Notes under the pieces: model-generated | Told to the model about the DNA's origin: nothing | Database searches by the model: none | What the model saw: the letters and a program-made list of their open reading frames with translations, nothing else | Program-made: the position numbers and the translations under genes | Part shown: positions 60,214 to 64,000 of the stretch, in pieces | How the letters are laid out: the number at the start of each line of letters is the position of its first letter | Numbering within the stretch: the stretch's first letter is position 1 | Source: Pseudomonadota bacterium | GTDB taxonomy: Bacteria; Pseudomonadota; Gammaproteobacteria; Steroidobacterales; MnTg04 | Assembly (NCBI GenBank): GCA_022560735.1 | Contig: JADFSO010000005.1 | Coordinates: 47,822 to 111,821 of the forward strand | Reading direction: 5' to 3' | Length of the DNA: 64,000 nt

Positions 60214-61641
60214 TTATGCGGCATCCGTGTCTGGCAACAACTCGCCCAGCGCCAGTACTTTTGCTTTCATCACGGCCTGGTTTGCCCGCACCTGTTCGAG
60301 GATCGCCTGGAAATCGGGGTTGTTTTTGAGCTTATCGAAAAATGGCGTCTCGAGATCGTGAGGAACCGAGTAGCCATTGTCCGCCGCCTGTTGCAGCGTA
60401 TACAAAGCGCGGATTCGTTCACCGGCAAGCGCATAATACGCGGCGCGCAACTGCTGAGCATCCAGGACATAATAGCGCTGCTCGATCGCATTGCCGATCT
60501 GGATACCGACTTTTGCGAGCAGATCGCCGGCCAGCGCAGTCTGATCGAGGCGCAACTGGCGATAGCCTTGCGCCGCCCATGCGTCCGCGTCGTTCGGGTC
60601 CAGTTCGAGCGCCTTTTCGATCAGCGGCCCGCTCAGCCGCAACGACTCGGTAATCGACAATGAGCCATACTCGTCCATATCCAGGTATGTACTGCCCAGC
60701 AATGCCATCGCCGCCACATAGCCCGGTTCCCGCTCGATCGCCCTTTGCAGATAATCCGCGGCACGCTCCAGCGCCCCGGCGTCGTTCTCGTTGAGTTCGC
60801 CTCGCGCCCTTAGAAACAGATCATAGGCCGCGGGATCGATCGCGACCCTTTCCGGGGCAATCTCTTCATCGAGCAACTCGATACGCAAGGCCTTGACCAC
60901 GGCCGCCGCGATCTCGTCCTGCAACGCGAAAATATCGGTCAGTTCCCGGTCATAGGTCTCCGACCACAGGTGAAAACCATCGGCCACGTTGATCAGCTGA
61001 GTCGTTATGCGCACCCGGTTGCCGGCGCGGCGCACGCTGCCTTCGAGTATATGACCCACCCCCAGTTCCTCGCCGATTTTCTGGATGTTCTGGTCGCTGC
61101 CCTTGTAGGCGAAAGACGAAGTACGCGCCGCCACCCGCAGTGAATCCACCTTGGCCAGCAAGTTGAGCAGTTCTTCCGCCAGGCCATCGGAAAAATAGTC
61201 GGTCTCCGGGTCGGAGCTCATGTTGACCAGCGGCAACACGGCGATCGAGTGGGTGCCGTCCTGGGCCGGTACGGGTACCGCCGAATCGGCCGCGTCAGGG
61301 TCTTTGAAATAAATACTATAGACAAGCGCAAGCACCAGCGAGCCGATGATGACAAAATCGATCCTGCGCCCGGTTTGGCTGGTAATCGATTGGCTGCGAT
61401 CGACGTCTTTTTCCTTCTTCAGCCCTTCGGGCGTCATCTCGAAAGCCCAGGCCAGGATCAGCGAAATCGGAAAACCCAGGATCAGCAACAGAAAAATCAG
61501 TTTGGATGACCACTCGGGCAAATTGAGTATCGGCACGATCAGATCGGCAACCTGGAGAATCAGCCAGGCGGCGACCAGGTAGACGAAGGCGACGCGCAAC
61601 ACGTTGCGCCGCCTGAGTTCCGTGAAAAAGCTATCGCCCAT
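60214..61641 (-). CDS. Membrane protein with TolB-like/adenylate-cyclase-associated domain and TPRs
   Basis: ELRRRNVLRVA N-terminus with TM helices; IAVLPLVNMSSDPETDYFSDGLAEELLNLL; LEGSVRRAGNRVRITTQLI. No catalytic domain seen. Confidence 0.8.
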   Translation of the reverse strand: MGDSFFTELRRRNVLRVAFVYLVAAWLILQVADLIVPILNLPEWSSKLIFLLLILGFPISLILAWAFEMTPEGLKKEKDVDRSQSITSQTGRRIDFVIIGSLVLALVYSIYFKDPDAADSAVPVPAQDGTHSIAVLPLVNMSSDPETDYFSDGLAEELLNLLAKVDSLRVAARTSSFAYKGSDQNIQKIGEELGVGHILEGSVRRAGNRVRITTQLINVADGFHLWSETYDRELTDIFALQDEIAAAVVKALRIELLDEEIAPERVAIDPAAYDLFLRARGELNENDAGALERAADYLQRAIEREPGYVAAMALLGSTYLDMDEYGSLSITESLRLSGPLIEKALELDPNDADAWAAQGYRQLRLDQTALAGDLLAKVGIQIGNAIEQRYYVLDAQQLRAAYYALAGERIRALYTLQQAADNGYSVPHDLETPFFDKLKNNPDFQAILEQVRANQAVMKAKVLALGELLPDTDAA

Positions 61642-61720
61642 ATGTTGTCGCCGTACGCTGGTATGGCGCTAAACCTAGCAGAATTGGGCTATAGGCGCAG
61701 TATTTCCACTACATCAGGGA

Positions 61721-62677
61721 CTACTTCACCAGTTCGGTCGATGGATTGAAAGTGTACCAGGCGAACCAGAAAAGCCGCCCCGTGCTCCATTTCTCATGAC
61801 TGTCGCGATCGCTGATCGTTACCGTCCCGTCTTCTGCCATCGACAACGCCAGGTCGCGACCCGCCAGGCTGACTTCGATTCGGCTGGTTTTTTCGAATGC
61901 CGCCTCGGTTACCGCAACAGGCTGCCCGCCGACGCTGGCGCCGAACACGACGGTTTTCGGATGTACGCGCTTGTCTTTGTCAGAGACCGGCATGAATATC
62001 GTTCTTCCCTTTCGATACTTGGCATAATGGTCCGTGGAATAGTCTTGATCGAACCCGGTATCGATCGACAATACTTTGCTGCCGGGATGCTTTTTTTGCC
62101 AGCGAGACCAGCGCGTCATGGTGACCGGCAAGGTTGCCAGCTTCTGGCCGGTATTCGGTCCGGCTATAGCCACGCCTTCGATCTGGCTCCACAGCGTATT
62201 GCTGGCCCGGTCGTAGATAACCAAATCACTGTTATACAGGATGCCCGATACGCCAAACTCTGTAACCACATCTCCCATGACACGGCTCATTGCCACGCCC
62301 GAACCACACAAGGGGCAAAAGGTAATGGCGATCGGCTTGCCGCCGACCGTATCGTTGACGATTTCATGGTGATCCAGAATTTTCGCCGGGTAAGCGCGCG
62401 CATCGCCGTCGATAACGATGCCGAGTATCAGGTCGTCAGCTTTCAGGAAATCTGCCTCGTCCGCCGTTACAAACCTGGGGTAGTCGATCGAGCGGATGCA
62501 GTCGCGTATGGGGCAAGCCTGGTACAGCTTGTCGAAATCCACGCTGCGGGGGGTGCTGTCATCGAAAGCAAAGGTTTCTTCAAGTATGTTGGTGTCGTAA
62601 TGGCGTTGTGCAAGTACCGGCAACATGACGAACACGAGCAAAGCTGCAGTCACGATCGGTTTGATTTTTTGGTTCAT
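61721..62677 (-). CDS. DUF3179-like exported protein
   Basis: Signal peptide; DCIRSIDYP; HEIVND; CPLCGSG; FGVSGILYNSDLVIYDR; FWFAW. Confidence 0.8.
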   Translation of the reverse strand: MNQKIKPIVTAALLVFVMLPVLAQRHYDTNILEETFAFDDSTPRSVDFDKLYQACPIRDCIRSIDYPRFVTADEADFLKADDLILGIVIDGDARAYPAKILDHHEIVNDTVGGKPIAITFCPLCGSGVAMSRVMGDVVTEFGVSGILYNSDLVIYDRASNTLWSQIEGVAIAGPNTGQKLATLPVTMTRWSRWQKKHPGSKVLSIDTGFDQDYSTDHYAKYRKGRTIFMPVSDKDKRVHPKTVVFGASVGGQPVAVTEAAFEKTSRIEVSLAGRDLALSMAEDGTVTISDRDSHEKWSTGRLFWFAWYTFNPSTELVK

Positions 62678-62882
62678 GGGGCCCCCGGAGCTTAGGTCCG
62701 GACAAACCGCCGGATCATCAAATGGAAAATCGATTCGGCCATGCATGCCGGCACAAACGACATCGACCGCTTCACCAATTAGACCCCTAAAGCAGGCCTT
62801 TTGTTACCGGTGGCGGCTGTTTCATTGCAAATTCGGCGCCATTGTCCATACCTGGGCGAGTCCGGAGATCCGAGCCAGGCGC

Positions 62883-62948
62883 ATGCGTTCGTTTTTTGAG
62901 GAATCGAAACGCAGAAACGTCTTCCGGGTGGCGATTTTCTGTTATTGG
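62883..62948 (+). pseudogene. 5' remnant of a paralogue of the 60214-61641 gene
   Basis: MRSFFEESKRRNVFRVAIFCYW aligns with MGDSFFTELRRRNVLRVAFVYL; it then runs antisense into the methyltransferase. Confidence 0.5.
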
Positions 62949-63799
62949 ATTCGGCTTGGTTTGTGGCGGGTCTTCTTGTACCTGGGCTTCATGCCCTCGG
63001 CCCAGCTGATGCCATACCAAAGCGCCGCATCCGGCCGTCGCGAAAAATCTCGCAGGGCATACAACGCGTCGATGTATTTCTTTTCGCTCATTAGCCCGGC
63101 CTGGATCACTTCCTCGGCCGCACCACCCAGCACTTCGTAAAGATTGTGCACGATGCCCTTGAACTCGCGCATGCCCGCGCAGCCGCCATAAAATACCAGC
63201 GTGTTTTTTTGCGGTTCGGCGCCGACCTGGTGCAGTAACTGGACCAGTTTCCGGCCGATAAACGGGTCGTTGCCATTTTTCCGGTAGGTTTCAAAGTAGG
63301 CCCGCCACGCATCCATGACACCGGGCGGCTCCGGCCACAGGCGCAACGTGTCGTGATCGTCGTCGGCCAGCACGATACGACCGCCATTGCGGACCGCCTC
63401 GAACATCGTTTCCACGACGCCCAGCGGGTTGTTCACATGCTCGAGCAGAAAGCGCGTATGCGCCAGGTCGAAACGACCCATTTCATTTTGCCGTAATGGC
63501 AGGAATGCGGCTTCGCCGACACGAAAATCGACCAGATCGGCCTCGTTGTCCGCCAGCGCCCGATCAACCGCCGTGGCCAGTTGCGCCGGATCGCGTTCGA
63601 TGGCGATGACTTTGGAACTGTCCGGCAGGCATCTGGCGATCGCGCGGGTGAATTCCCCCGTTCCGCAACCGACATCGAGCACCAATTCCTCGCCACCGGG
63701 ATCCAGCGCACGCAGACAGGCCTGGTTGATGAGCTTGTTCATCAGGGCCAGGCGGCGCTGTTCTTTTTCAGAACTGCCGTGTACGTACCGGTCTTTCAT
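62942..63799 (-). CDS. Class I SAM-dependent methyltransferase (start 63799 or 63814)
   Basis: YVHG..EQRRL; VLDVGCGTG; FDLAHTRFLLEHV; GGRIVLAD. Confidence 0.88.
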   Translation of the reverse strand: MKDRYVHGSSEKEQRRLALMNKLINQACLRALDPGGEELVLDVGCGTGEFTRAIARCLPDSSKVIAIERDPAQLATAVDRALADNEADLVDFRVGEAAFLPLRQNEMGRFDLAHTRFLLEHVNNPLGVVETMFEAVRNGGRIVLADDDHDTLRLWPEPPGVMDAWRAYFETYRKNGNDPFIGRKLVQLLHQVGAEPQKNTLVFYGGCAGMREFKGIVHNLYEVLGGAAEEVIQAGLMSEKKYIDALYALRDFSRRPDAALWYGISWAEGMKPRYKKTRHKPSRIQ

Positions 63800-63939
63800 T
63801 CCACTGAGCGCCATGCAAACCATACGTCATTCTAAACCCTTCATGGATCAGGGAAAACCTGTGTCCTTTTGGCGACACTTTTGCCGAATCAAACTCGCTC
63901 CGGTGGTATATTGCACCCAGAAACGATCCGGAGACAGCA

Positions 63940-64000
63940 ATGAACCGATACACACTGGTATTCATGATGCTCCTGGTATCCATGGGCGTGCAGGCCCAGG
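63940..64000 (+). CDS. Start of an exported protein (partial)
   Basis: GGAG RBS; MNRYTLVFMMLLVSMGVQAQ is signal-peptide-like; runs off the window end. Confidence 0.55.
   Translation, partial: MNRYTLVFMMLLVSMGVQAQ

Overview
GC-rich (roughly 60% by eye) Gammaproteobacterial chromosomal window with three parts. (1) 1-17,100: yajR-type MFS transporter, uvrA and a TPR-GT41 glycosyltransferase, then a decaying chromosomal integron (about 5,750-13,200), followed by a DUF4136-like lipoprotein, ggt and pepQ. The integron has an IntI with an in-frame internal deletion, a probable attI at about 7,214 and about 8 cassettes, and it carries three toxin-antitoxin modules. Its attC sites are intact, truncated, collapsed to 24 bp, or split by an IS110 element. 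(2) 17,158-49,405: the conserved alpha/spc/S10/str/rpoBC/rplKAJL/secE-nusG/tRNA-tuf supercluster on the minus strand. rpmJ is frameshifted, and an attenuator-like leader lies between rpsJ and rplC. (3) 49,500-64,000: PilZ protein, msrA, methyltransferases, two TPR-2OG-Fe(II) oxygenase paralogues flanking a metal-uptake locus with no ATPase, a carbamoyltransferase and membrane proteins. Top finding: a complete IS621-like IS110 element (7,769-8,947). Its 5' non-coding end folds into a bridge-RNA architecture. The target loop matches the attC it interrupts, and the donor loop matches its own circle junction. All calls are by eye from motifs and recalled family knowledge; no database searches were run.
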